Assembly (NCBI GenBank): GCA_948466335.1
Contig: CAOKAE010000004.1
Location: 1,342 to 65,341 of the forward strand
Length of the DNA stretch: 64,000 nt
Direction of reading: 5' to 3'
Origin: an uncultured Coriobacteriia bacterium
GTDB lineage: Bacteria; Actinomycetota; Coriobacteriia; Coriobacteriales; QAMH01
Shown here: positions 1 to 8,595 of the stretch, piece after piece
How the letters are laid out: each line of letters begins with the position of its first letter
How positions within the stretch are numbered: position 1 is the first letter of the stretch
Notes under the pieces: generated by a model
The model's input: only the letters and a program-made list of their open reading frames with translations
The model's database searches: none
What the model was told of the DNA's origin: nothing
Position numbers and translations under genes: made by a program

Positions 1-74
1 GCATGGGTAACAACCCCATGGTCGGTGCAACCGTGGCCGTGGCCGTGGCGACTAACGCCGCAATCAACGGCTAG
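1..74 (+). CDS. GGGtGRT family protein, 3' end only (partial)
   Basis: Frame from base 3 reads MGNNPMVGATVAVAVATNAAING*, which matches my recollection of the conserved C-terminus of GGGtGRT proteins; TAG at 72-74. Confidence 0.7.
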   Translation, partial: MGNNPMVGATVAVAVATNAAING

Positions 75-100
75 CACAGGACGCACATATGCACACAAGC

Positions 101-137
101 AAGGAGGCGGGCCCCACGACCCGCCTCCTTCGTTTTT
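101..137 (+). terminator. Intrinsic terminator
   Basis: Stem AAGGAGGCGGG (101-111) / CCCGCCTCCTT (120-130), followed by CGTTTTT, between convergent genes. Confidence 0.8.
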
Positions 138-154
138 GCCTGTACCCACCGATA

Positions 155-187
155 ATGAGACAAACATGTCAGACACATTTGTCTCAT
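155..187. repeat. ATGAGACA palindrome copy R1 (33 bp)
   Basis: ATGAGACAAAC-ATGTCAGACAC-ATTTGTCTCAT. Confidence 0.95.
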
Positions 188-203
188 TTATTAACGGTGC
201 CTG

Positions 204-1229
204 TTAGAGCAGCAGCGCCTCGGCAATCTGGACGGCATTGAGCGCCGCGCCCTTGCGAATCTGATCCATGACAAGCCAGAAGGCAAGGCCGCCCTCGACG
301 GTCGGGTCCTTGCGAATGCGACCGACAAACACGTCATCGGTTCCCTGCAACAAGCCGGGCATGGGATACACGTTGGCACCGGGGTCGTCCATGACCGTGA
401 CGCTCGCAGCCGCCTCGAATGCGGCACGGGCCTCGTCGGGCGTGACCGGCTTGATCAGCTCGACGTTCACGCTCTCGGCATGGCAGCGCAGCACTGGGAT
501 GCGCACGGCGGTCGGCGCGACCTTGATGCCGTCATCGCCGAAGATCTTGGCGGTCTCAACGACCATCTTCCACTCTTCCTTGGTGTAGGCGTCATCCATG
601 AACACATCGATGTGCGGGATGACGTTGAACGCGATCTGGTCGGAGAACGCCTCGACCGTAAGCTCTTCGTCGTTGAGGAACTGACGCGTCTGGTCGTAGA
701 GCTCGTTCATGGCCTTGAGGCCGGCGCCGCTGGCGGCCTGATACGTACTCACAACGACGCGCTTGATGCCACCGGCCAGGTCGTAGAGCGGCTTGAGGGC
801 GACGACCATCTCGATGGTCGAGCAGTTGGGATTGGCGATGACACCCGAATGCCACTCGAGATCACGGGCGTTGACCTCGGGCACCACGAGCGGCACGTCG
901 TCATCGGTGCGAAACGCGCTCGAGTTGTCAATCATGACGCAGCCGGCATCGACCACCGCCTGGCGATATGCCTTGGAAGTGTCGCCGCCGCAGGCGAAGA
1001 GCGCGATGTCGACGCCCTCGAAACTCGTCGGCGTCATCTCCTCGACCACGAGCTCGCCGTCCTTGAAGGGCACCGTGCTACCAGCGGAGCGCGCAGACGC
1101 GAGCGCCTTGACCTTCGCCGCCGGAAAACCGCGCTGCTCGAGCACCTTGAGCATCTCGCGACCGACGACACCCGTGGCACCGGCCACGGCAACGACGGGA
1201 TGTGCGGGCATAACCTTGTTCCAAGCCAT
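204..1229 (-). CDS. asd: Aspartate-semialdehyde dehydrogenase
   Basis: VAVAGATGVVG Rossmann motif, MIDNSSAFR, IANPNCST catalytic Cys, STYQAASGAG, DQIRKGAALNAVQIAE; start moved to MAWNKV. Confidence 0.97.
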   Translation of the reverse strand: MAWNKVMPAHPVVAVAGATGVVGREMLKVLEQRGFPAAKVKALASARSAGSTVPFKDGELVVEEMTPTSFEGVDIALFACGGDTSKAYRQAVVDAGCVMIDNSSAFRTDDDVPLVVPEVNARDLEWHSGVIANPNCSTIEMVVALKPLYDLAGGIKRVVVSTYQAASGAGLKAMNELYDQTRQFLNDEELTVEAFSDQIAFNVIPHIDVFMDDAYTKEEWKMVVETAKIFGDDGIKVAPTAVRIPVLRCHAESVNVELIKPVTPDEARAAFEAAASVTVMDDPGANVYPMPGLLQGTDDVFVGRIRKDPTVEGGLAFWLVMDQIRKGAALNAVQIAEALLL

Positions 1230-1297
1230 GTTCGTTCCTCTCGAGGCTATTTGAGACGTGCGAACAATGATACCGCAAGGCGGCCCCTGACACACCA

Positions 1298-1894
1298 CTA
1301 GAGCGCCATGGCGCGGGCAAGCTTGGAGAGCGGCTGTGCCTCGAGGCCGAAGCGCTCCTGCATCTGCCGCGCAAACGCGTGAAAGGCCTCCTCCGAGCCA
1401 ACCAGATGCTCGAGTTCGACTTCGTGTATGGGAGCCTTGCGCCCGTGATTGCGCATCTCTCCCACGTCAATCGCAAGCGCGGCCGTAAAGTCCGCACAAG
1501 TGAGCGTATGTTCGCGTCGCGTGAAGTCGGTCTCGCAGGTTGGCTGGGGGTCGCCCGCAATCAACATTTCGCAGATGTCCGCCGGCGCGCCGGCCGTGGG
1601 CAGCTGACGCAACCCCTCGATGACGTCATCGGCTCGAACCTCGAACTCCTGGCGCGCCTTGCATGCGCCGTCCGCGCTTGCCGCGAGCTTGAGGCAGCAG
1701 ACGCTCTCGTCGTTCTCCCGACGCACGCGCAGGCCACCTCGCAGCCGGTAGACGTCCTGATTTGCCGTATCGTAGTACGTCGCGCGCATATGAAGCTCAC
1801 GTGGCTCGCCCAACGCCGGCGCAATCACCTCATCATCGAGCAGCGCCCCGAGCGTCCGTTCGTCGGGCATCTCCCATTTGTACTCGATCTCCAT
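1298..1894 (-). CDS. CYTH domain protein (triphosphate tunnel metalloenzyme)
   Basis: N-terminal EIEYK (ExExK), YYDT, LRVR and EVELE motifs; SD GGAGGAGG. Confidence 0.9.
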   Translation of the reverse strand: MEIEYKWEMPDERTLGALLDDEVIAPALGEPRELHMRATYYDTANQDVYRLRGGLRVRRENDESVCCLKLAASADGACKARQEFEVRADDVIEGLRQLPTAGAPADICEMLIAGDPQPTCETDFTRREHTLTCADFTAALAIDVGEMRNHGRKAPIHEVELEHLVGSEEAFHAFARQMQERFGLEAQPLSKLARAMAL

Positions 1895-1909
1895 GACCCC
1901 TCCTCCGAA

Positions 1910-1940
1910 ACGAGACAAATGCTCTGTGCATTTGTCTCAT
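1910..1940. repeat. ATGAGACA palindrome copy R2 (31 bp)
   Basis: ACGAGACAAAT-GCTCTGTGC-ATTTGTCTCAT; contains the TGA stop (1937-1939) of the upstream flavoprotein gene. Confidence 0.9.
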
Positions 1941-3148
1941 GGGCGCTTGGTGGCTGCTGCCGTGCCGGCCGCGATGCCGCTTGCCCACGCCCAGTGCAGG
2001 TTGAAGCCGCCGCAGCGCCCGTCGATGTCAAGCGTCTCGCCCGCGGCGTAGATACCCGGACGCAGCTTCGACTCGAGCGTGAGCGCATCGAACTCCCATG
2101 GGGTGGCCCCGCCGCGCGTCACCTGGGCAAGGTTGGTTTCGGCAAGTCCCGTCACGTCCAGACGGAAGTCCTTGGCCGTCGCGGCGATCTTCGGCAGCGT
2201 CTTTGCCGTCGCCGGCTCGGAGGGCTTGAAGCCCGCAGCCCGTACGACGGCATCATTGATGCGCGTATGAAAACATCCGCACATGAGCTCGGTGAAGTTG
2301 GGCGTGCGCCCGAAAAGCTCGTTGACGCGCGCGGAAAGCGACGCGTACTTCGCCGAGAAGTAGTTGCTGCACTGACTGGGGCTGAGCTGCGGCAGGAAGT
2401 CGAGGCTCAGGACAGCGCCTGCGCCGACCTCGCGCGACATGTCGAAGATGACGATGCCCGACAGGCCGTAATCGCGAAACAGCACCTCCCCGTAGCGCAC
2501 GGCACGGGGATCGGTGGCGTCCTTATCGGCATAGGCGGTCACGCGCACCCGAGCGCGTACGCCCGAAAGGCCCTTGAGCGGCTTGGTGTCGGTCTTGAGG
2601 GGGCAGAGCACGGGCGAGAAGGGCTCGACCGTATGCCCGAAGACGGAGAGCAAGTCCGTGCCACCGCCCGTCGCGATGATGACGTTGTCAGCGTCGAACG
2701 TGCTCTTGTTCGTGCATGTGAGACGATAGCCAGGTTGCGCCGCGTCGATCTGCGCCACCTCCTGGCCGCAACGAACGTCGACGCTGTTCCACTTGCACGC
2801 ATCGCGCAACACGTCGAGCACCGTGTTGGCGGTATTCGAGAACGGGTAGATGCGTCCCTCGTCTTCCTCGGTCACGAGCAAGCCGAGCTCGCCGAAAAAG
2901 CCGAGCACGCGCGATGCGGGGTATTCCTCGAGAAGCGGCATGACGGCGGCGCCGTTATGGTAGTCGGTGAGCTGGATGTTGGCGTTGGTCATGTTGCAGC
3001 GCCCGTTGCCCGTCTTGAGGATCTTCTGGCCCACGCGCTTGCCGGCCTCGACGACCGTCACGGCCGCCCCTGCGCGCGCGGCGGAAATCGCCGCAACCAA
3101 GCCCGCGGCGCCGCCGCCAACCACCACGACCCGTACCTTGCCTGCCAT
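1937..3148 (-). CDS. HI0933/BaiN-like NAD(P)/FAD-dependent flavoprotein
   Basis: VVVGGGAAG, KILKTGNGRCNMTN, AQVTRGG, GETLDIDGRCGGFNLHWAWASG. Confidence 0.95.
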   Translation of the reverse strand: MAGKVRVVVVGGGAAGLVAAISAARAGAAVTVVEAGKRVGQKILKTGNGRCNMTNANIQLTDYHNGAAVMPLLEEYPASRVLGFFGELGLLVTEEDEGRIYPFSNTANTVLDVLRDACKWNSVDVRCGQEVAQIDAAQPGYRLTCTNKSTFDADNVIIATGGGTDLLSVFGHTVEPFSPVLCPLKTDTKPLKGLSGVRARVRVTAYADKDATDPRAVRYGEVLFRDYGLSGIVIFDMSREVGAGAVLSLDFLPQLSPSQCSNYFSAKYASLSARVNELFGRTPNFTELMCGCFHTRINDAVVRAAGFKPSEPATAKTLPKIAATAKDFRLDVTGLAETNLAQVTRGGATPWEFDALTLESKLRPGIYAAGETLDIDGRCGGFNLHWAWASGIAAGTAAATKRP

Positions 3149-3198
3149 CAATCGCCCCTTTCTTGCCTGTTTGCGCCCTAGTGTACCTGACCTGCACA

Positions 3199-3231
3199 AT
3201 GAGACAAATGTGTCAGACAAGTTTGTCTCAT
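3199..3231. repeat. ATGAGACA palindrome copy R3 (33 bp)
   Basis: ATGAGACAAAT-GTGTCAGACAA-GTTTGTCTCAT. Confidence 0.95.
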
Positions 3232-3232
3232 T

Positions 3233-3263
3233 AAAAAGAGACCCCGGAACTTTCCGGGGTCTC
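3233..3263 (-). terminator. Intrinsic terminator of the large surface protein gene
   Basis: GAGACCCCGGAA-CT-TTCCGGGGTCTC stem with AAAAA on its left side (a U-tract on the minus strand). Confidence 0.8.
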
Positions 3264-3288
3264 CTCGGGTGTCTATGCAGCCGGACGA

Positions 3289-6200
3289 CTATGCGCCGTG
3301 ACGGGCACGGGCCAGGGCGAGCTTCCTGTCGTGGCGCTTCAGAATCATGAGCACGATGAGCGCAACGATGGACAGACCCTCGAGGGCGAACAGCACGATG
3401 AAGGTCGTCGTGTTCTCGTCGCCCGTCTGGACGAAGGAGGCCAGCGGCACGCCGTCATCCAGAATCTCCTCGCCCACCGGCGTCATGTTGGTCGGCGTGC
3501 GCGGCAGGTAACTGCCGGGAGTCGTGGGGTTCGACGGCGTCGGGTCGGTGGGAGCCTGCGGCGTCAGCGGCTGGTCCGGGTCACCGGGCGTGCCGGGATC
3601 CTGCGGGTCGCTCGGCGGAGGCGTGGGGCCCGGCTCCTCGGGATCCTCGTCCCTGGGCGGCTGGGGATTCGCGTTGAAGAAGGTCACTGCAGCGTTGCCG
3701 TCGTCAAACTTGAGGAGCGCACCGGCGTTCTTGCCCGTCGTGCCCTTCTGGATCAGGGCGTCGAACTGCTGCTCCTGGGCCGTGGTGGCGGAGTAGATGT
3801 TCGCGTAGGCCACGTGGGCGAGGTAGAACTTCTTGCTCAGCTCCTCGTCCAGGGCAAGCTCGTTGACGACGATGAGCTCGTCGACATCCATCGACGTCGA
3901 TGGGATGCCCGTGAAGGTCATGGTCTCGTCATCCTTGAGCGTGAAGTACACCGCGTGGTCATCGCCCACGATGTACTCGGTCGTGGAGACGACCTTGCCC
4001 TCGTAGGTGGTGACCGTGCCCGTGATGACGGAACCGCTGATCAAATCGCCCTCGACGCCAATGGTCTCGGGCGAGATGATGGCCTCGAAGGGGAAGCGCT
4101 CGCCATTGTACGTGGTGCCCTGCACGAGGCTCTTGGTCACGCTAAAGCTCTTCGTGATGTCCTCGGGCTCGACGGGATACGCGGGCTCCTCGGGAATCCT
4201 GGCGTTCACGAACTTGACGCGCGTGTCACCGTCGGCGGTCAGCTGGCCATAGGTGCCCGCGGGCTTCAACATATCGGCGACCTTGTCCTCGGTGGCATCG
4301 AGACGCGTGTCCTTGGCAAGCTCGACGTACTTGAACTCGTAGCCCTCGACGGGGTTGCCCTTGGCGTCGACCGCCCCGAGCTCGTTGACGATGAACTTGC
4401 CAGACGGCGTGTCGAGGTCAACGTAGGGCAGCTTGGGGAAGCTGATGCTCTCGCCCGCCTTGAGCGAGAACTTGATCGTGTTGTCGGCGACCTTGTAAGT
4501 CGCGGACTGGACGCTACCGTTGGCACCGTAGGTGATGCCCTCGACTTCCGTGCCCTCCTCAAGGGTGTTGGGCGTGCCCTTGAAGGAAGGCGAGCTGATC
4601 AGCTCGAAGTTGAAGATGGTGCCATCCGGCTGGACCGCGCCCTCGAGTGCCTTGGAGACGGTAATCGCGGCATAGTCCACGCCACCGGCAGGCGGCAGCG
4701 GCTCGTCCGGCACGGGATCCTTCTGCTTGTTGTAGACCGTCGCGAGGGTCATGCCCTCGGGGATGGTCTGTCCTGCCGTTCCCTTGCCGACGAGACCCGC
4801 GACAGCCGCGCCATTCCATGCGGCCCCCTCGACAAGGTCGGTCTTCGAGTAGCTGTAGCCATATTCGGTCAGGGCCTCGCCCTCGAGCTCGTTGACGATG
4901 AACTTGCCCGCATCGCCATCGGCACGGGAGAAGGGCATCTTCGGGAACTCGATGCGCTGACCGGCCTTGAGCTTGAAGGTGATCCTCTGGTTCTCCATGG
5001 TGTAGGTGTTAAGAGCCTGCGTGCCATCGGCATCGTAGGTGATGCCATCGACCACCGTATCGGCAACCGCGTACTTCGTGCCAATCTGCTCGGGCGAGAT
5101 GATGAGCTCGAACTCGAAGTCGGTGTTGTCGGCCACGGCGTCATCACCCTCAAGGGCCTTGGCAATGGCCAGCGACTTGAAGGAGGGCGTCATCTTATTG
5201 AGGAAGAGCACCTCGGTGGCACGATACTCGGTGTCCTTATGACGGTATTCGGTCCAATTGGGCGTAATCGCATTGCCGTCTTTATCGAGATAGGACCCGA
5301 CTTGCTGGCACAGTGCGATAAACTTGCCATCTACGACATAGCCACCGCCCCTACTGGTTTCCGGAGAACTATCCGAGCTGACCTTATTGCCTTCTTTGTC
5401 GTAATAGACCCATCTACCATCCTGCCAGATGTTAATGTACCAGCTGGCCGGTGCCGGATCGGGACTGGTGTTGAAATATATCTGGCTGTAGTAGCAATCC
5501 GAAGGCAGCTGGGGATCGGCAACCTCATTGCCGTTTGCATCAAAGTACTTGTACACGTAGCCCCAGTCATCACTCGTGCAATTGGGGTTGGTCACCTCGT
5601 TGCCATCCGCATCGTAATATGCATACAGATAGTGCTCGTATGAATCGTACAGCGCCTTGGCGAGCGTGCCGGTGCTGGTGACGACATCGGTATAGGCCTT
5701 GTCCGTGGTCTCGTACTGCGCACCCTCGGTGACCAGCACCTTGGAGAAGCCGTAGCCAGCCTGCGCGGCAGCGCTATCATCGCCGATGAGCTCGTTGACG
5801 ACGAAGCCGCAGTCCGCATCTTTGTGGGCGAAGGGCATGTTCTCGAACACGATGCGCTGACCAGCCTTGAGCGAGAAGTTGACCTTGTGGTCCTGAATCG
5901 CGACGCTGACCTTGCCGGGAGTGGGAGTGCCGTCCCATTCCGTCGCGGCGGCCATGCCATTGATGAAGTACTTGTCGCCCTCACCCTTCACGGCCTGCAC
6001 GAGCGCGAGAGTCGCCTTGCCGTCCGCGTCATAGGTGACGTCATAGACGGTGCCCGTGACGGAAGTCACCGCGGAGCTGCCCTTGTCGATCTGGTTGTGC
6101 CTGTCGTTGGCGTACTGGGGCGAGACGATGAGCTCGTACTCGAACAGCGTGTCGCCAGAGGGCTCTGTTCCCGGCTCGAGCTGTTTCTCGACGGAAACCG

Positions 6201-6357
6201 GCTTTTGCATGGGGCTGTAGCTACTGTCCTCGTAGCCGTTTGCCACCGTGGCATAGAGCATGACCAGGCCAGCCAATACGGCCATGACCAACACTATGAC
6301 CAGGGGAAGTGCCCGCTTCTTGGTGGGTGCCACTGCACCGCTGCTCGTATTACCCAT
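3289..6357 (-). CDS. Large cell-wall-anchored surface protein with four Ig/pilin-like repeats
   Basis: N-terminal hydrophobic signal; four repeats of the form KxLEG..FxFELIISP..ITYDADG..FxLKAGQxIxF..FIVNEL; Pro/Asp-rich linker; VQTGD followed by a TM helix and a basic tail. Confidence 0.85.
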   Translation of the reverse strand: MGNTSSGAVAPTKKRALPLVIVLVMAVLAGLVMLYATVANGYEDSSYSPMQKPVSVEKQLEPGTEPSGDTLFEYELIVSPQYANDRHNQIDKGSSAVTSVTGTVYDVTYDADGKATLALVQAVKGEGDKYFINGMAAATEWDGTPTPGKVSVAIQDHKVNFSLKAGQRIVFENMPFAHKDADCGFVVNELIGDDSAAAQAGYGFSKVLVTEGAQYETTDKAYTDVVTSTGTLAKALYDSYEHYLYAYYDADGNEVTNPNCTSDDWGYVYKYFDANGNEVADPQLPSDCYYSQIYFNTSPDPAPASWYINIWQDGRWVYYDKEGNKVSSDSSPETSRGGGYVVDGKFIALCQQVGSYLDKDGNAITPNWTEYRHKDTEYRATEVLFLNKMTPSFKSLAIAKALEGDDAVADNTDFEFELIISPEQIGTKYAVADTVVDGITYDADGTQALNTYTMENQRITFKLKAGQRIEFPKMPFSRADGDAGKFIVNELEGEALTEYGYSYSKTDLVEGAAWNGAAVAGLVGKGTAGQTIPEGMTLATVYNKQKDPVPDEPLPPAGGVDYAAITVSKALEGAVQPDGTIFNFELISSPSFKGTPNTLEEGTEVEGITYGANGSVQSATYKVADNTIKFSLKAGESISFPKLPYVDLDTPSGKFIVNELGAVDAKGNPVEGYEFKYVELAKDTRLDATEDKVADMLKPAGTYGQLTADGDTRVKFVNARIPEEPAYPVEPEDITKSFSVTKSLVQGTTYNGERFPFEAIISPETIGVEGDLISGSVITGTVTTYEGKVVSTTEYIVGDDHAVYFTLKDDETMTFTGIPSTSMDVDELIVVNELALDEELSKKFYLAHVAYANIYSATTAQEQQFDALIQKGTTGKNAGALLKFDDGNAAVTFFNANPQPPRDEDPEEPGPTPPPSDPQDPGTPGDPDQPLTPQAPTDPTPSNPTTPGSYLPRTPTNMTPVGEEILDDGVPLASFVQTGDENTTTFIVLFALEGLSIVALIVLMILKRHDRKLALARARHGA

Positions 6358-6497
6358 ACGCCACCACCTTCTCACTTTCCGAAGAAGCGGATGAAGAGTC
6401 GCCCGTTTTGAGCGCCCCCGCCATCCAGGTTCGTTCCAACACCATGCCATTATCCCCGCTCAGGGCAAAGATAACGACAGTAATTCCAAGATAAATA

Positions 6498-7193
6498 TTA
6501 TAAGCGAGAGTTAACCTCGTTGGCAAGTTCGCCGAGCCTACCACTGAGGTACGGACCGGGACAAATCGTCTGGTCGTTGAACATGTTGTGAGTCGTCAAC
6601 GTCCCGTTGTCATCGCCCGTGTAGGTGAACTCCGTGATGCCGTTGCGCTTGCAGATGTCGACGAGGAGCTCGACGAGCCTATCGAAGGCAGCATCGCTCA
6701 CGTGCCAGTCACCGCCCACTTGGTCATTCGCCACCTCGATGGTGACGGCACGCTCGTCGTTGTCGCGGTTGCTCGATGTCCAGGCGCGATTCTTCTCCTC
6801 GACGTAGAGGGCGACGTTGCCCGCGCTGTCGATGGCGTAATGAGAGGACGCTCTCCTGTCACGATTGGCAAACCTGTTTCCAAGCTCCTCGAGCGAAAGG
6901 TCGCCAGCCATATGGTGAACGGTAATCCTGGTGATCGGCTCCTCGCGCGGAAAGTCGGCATTGGGACTGAGGAAGACGTAGTCCGTCAGCAAGCTGTTCT
7001 CGGCGATGACGTCCGCCTGCTCCTCGGCCGTGAGCACACGGCCCACGTTATCGGGCAGCGAGCGGTATTCCACGAGGCACAGCACGCCCACCGCAACCAC
7101 GAGCACGAGAAAGCCCACGAGCAGGATTATGGGGATGGCCCACGATTGCCTCGACTCCTCGCCCATGGCTCCCTCGTTTCCCTCGTTATCCAT
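6498..7193 (-). CDS. Membrane-anchored N-acetylmuramoyl-L-alanine amidase (Amidase_2)
   Basis: N-terminal TM helix; ITVHHMAG, ASSHYAID, AVTIEVAN, TTH..CPG zinc-amidase motifs. Start could instead be 7166. Confidence 0.88.
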   Translation of the reverse strand: MDNEGNEGAMGEESRQSWAIPIILLVGFLVLVVAVGVLCLVEYRSLPDNVGRVLTAEEQADVIAENSLLTDYVFLSPNADFPREEPITRITVHHMAGDLSLEELGNRFANRDRRASSHYAIDSAGNVALYVEEKNRAWTSSNRDNDERAVTIEVANDQVGGDWHVSDAAFDRLVELLVDICKRNGITEFTYTGDDNGTLTTHNMFNDQTICPGPYLSGRLGELANEVNSRL

Positions 7194-7210
7194 GACCTTG
7201 CCCACCTCCC

Positions 7211-8590
7211 CTAGAGTCCCATGGCGATGCATGCCGCGAGTGCCCCGAAGGCAAGCGCGCCCATGACGGCCAGCAGCTTGACCGGTGCGCCGTAGAGCAG
7301 CACGCCCGTCGTGCGCGGAGAACCCGCCGTCACCATCAGAAACGACGCGGTCACCGGGAAGAAGAAGCTCGTGTCAAGCATATTGTGAACGATGAAGGCC
7401 ACGAACGCGCCCCGTTGTGCGGGATCGCGGCGCTTGACGAAGAAGCGCACGACGATGACCAGCAGCATGAGCGCCGCGACGACACCCAGCTCGACGGCGA
7501 CGTGCAGCAGGCTGTTGTGGATGTGCCAGGTGTTGAAGTACAGGTCGCCGTCCATCATGTTCAGAACACGCCACTGGTACGGCCCGACCCCGAAGAGGGG
7601 GTTGAGGCCCAGGTACCCGATGCCGTTGGCGATCATGTCGAGGCGCTCGAGGAAGGTCGCGGGCGCGCTGCCGCGAATGAGCGCGGCTGCGACGGCAACG
7701 AGCGGCCCCAGGATGGCAAGCGGCGCCGTGAGGCGCATGTGCCCGCGCAGGAAGTCCTCCAAGCGGGGCCAGAACGCCACAAGCGCGACCAGGTAGGCGA
7801 GCGTGACGACGTTGAAGGGCGGCAAGTCACCCCAGGAAGGCACCAGGTACAGGCAGATGCCCGTGCCCACGCCGATCACGAGCTTCACGATCGTGACGGC
7901 GGCATCGGCAAGCACCGCGCCCCAGGTCCGGCCACGCTTGGCATAGAGCAGCATGACGACGAGGCCGATGACGAGCGCGCCGAAGCTCCCGAGTGAGAGG
8001 GTGAGCGCAAGCGACACCAGCACGAGGGGCTCGCCGTGACGCAGGATGCGGTCGACCATGCCGTCACCCTTGAGGCCGAGCAGCGCAAACCAACCGATGA
8101 CCATGAAGATGCCAAGGGCGTTGGCGCCGCCCAGCGGCCAACCCAGACGCGAGACCGTCCCGCCGAAGGCAGCGACGACGAAGATGCCGATGCCAATGGT
8201 GGCCGCGAGCACGATCCACGCCACGCTCGCCCGGCGCAAAAAGCGCGCCTCGTCCTCGTCCATGCTGGCAACGGCCAGGTAGACGGCAAGCAGTATCGCC
8301 TGCACGCAGACATAGCCTTCCGTCAGCGTACCGTAGGTGCGAAGGGAGCCGTATCCGCTGAGCACGATGTAGATGAGCAGCGGAACGAAGATCCACAGGT
8401 CGAGCTTCATGCTGCGCCTGGTGAGCAGCGCGACGCAGAGCATGAGCCCCAGAACGCACACCATCTGGGCGTTTCCTACGCCGGTGAACGAAAGCGCGAT
8501 GATGACGAGCAGCGTGCACAGCGCGACGCAGTTGTCGTTCGCGAACTGCACGACATCGAAACGCGGCGTTTTGACAGCGGTGCTCGCCAT
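7211..8590 (-). CDS. O-antigen ligase/polymerase (Wzy_C)-like membrane protein
   Basis: About 12 TM segments; ERLDM..NPLFGVG and HIHNSLLHVAVELG motifs. Confidence 0.8.
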   Translation of the reverse strand: MASTAVKTPRFDVVQFANDNCVALCTLLVIIALSFTGVGNAQMVCVLGLMLCVALLTRRSMKLDLWIFVPLLIYIVLSGYGSLRTYGTLTEGYVCVQAILLAVYLAVASMDEDEARFLRRASVAWIVLAATIGIGIFVVAAFGGTVSRLGWPLGGANALGIFMVIGWFALLGLKGDGMVDRILRHGEPLVLVSLALTLSLGSFGALVIGLVVMLLYAKRGRTWGAVLADAAVTIVKLVIGVGTGICLYLVPSWGDLPPFNVVTLAYLVALVAFWPRLEDFLRGHMRLTAPLAILGPLVAVAAALIRGSAPATFLERLDMIANGIGYLGLNPLFGVGPYQWRVLNMMDGDLYFNTWHIHNSLLHVAVELGVVAALMLLVIVVRFFVKRRDPAQRGAFVAFIVHNMLDTSFFFPVTASFLMVTAGSPRTTGVLLYGAPVKLLAVMGALAFGALAACIAMGL

Positions 8591-8595
8591 GGCGC

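Noticed and set aside
155-187. GAGAC/GTCTC arms of the repeat as outward-cutting type IIS (BsmAI-type) sites
   Set aside because: The match is real, but no restriction-modification gene is in the window and a 5-bp match is weak evidence.
6498-7193. Amidase as a phage endolysin
   Set aside because: It has an N-terminal membrane anchor, sits in a chromosomal operon, and has no holin or phage neighbours.
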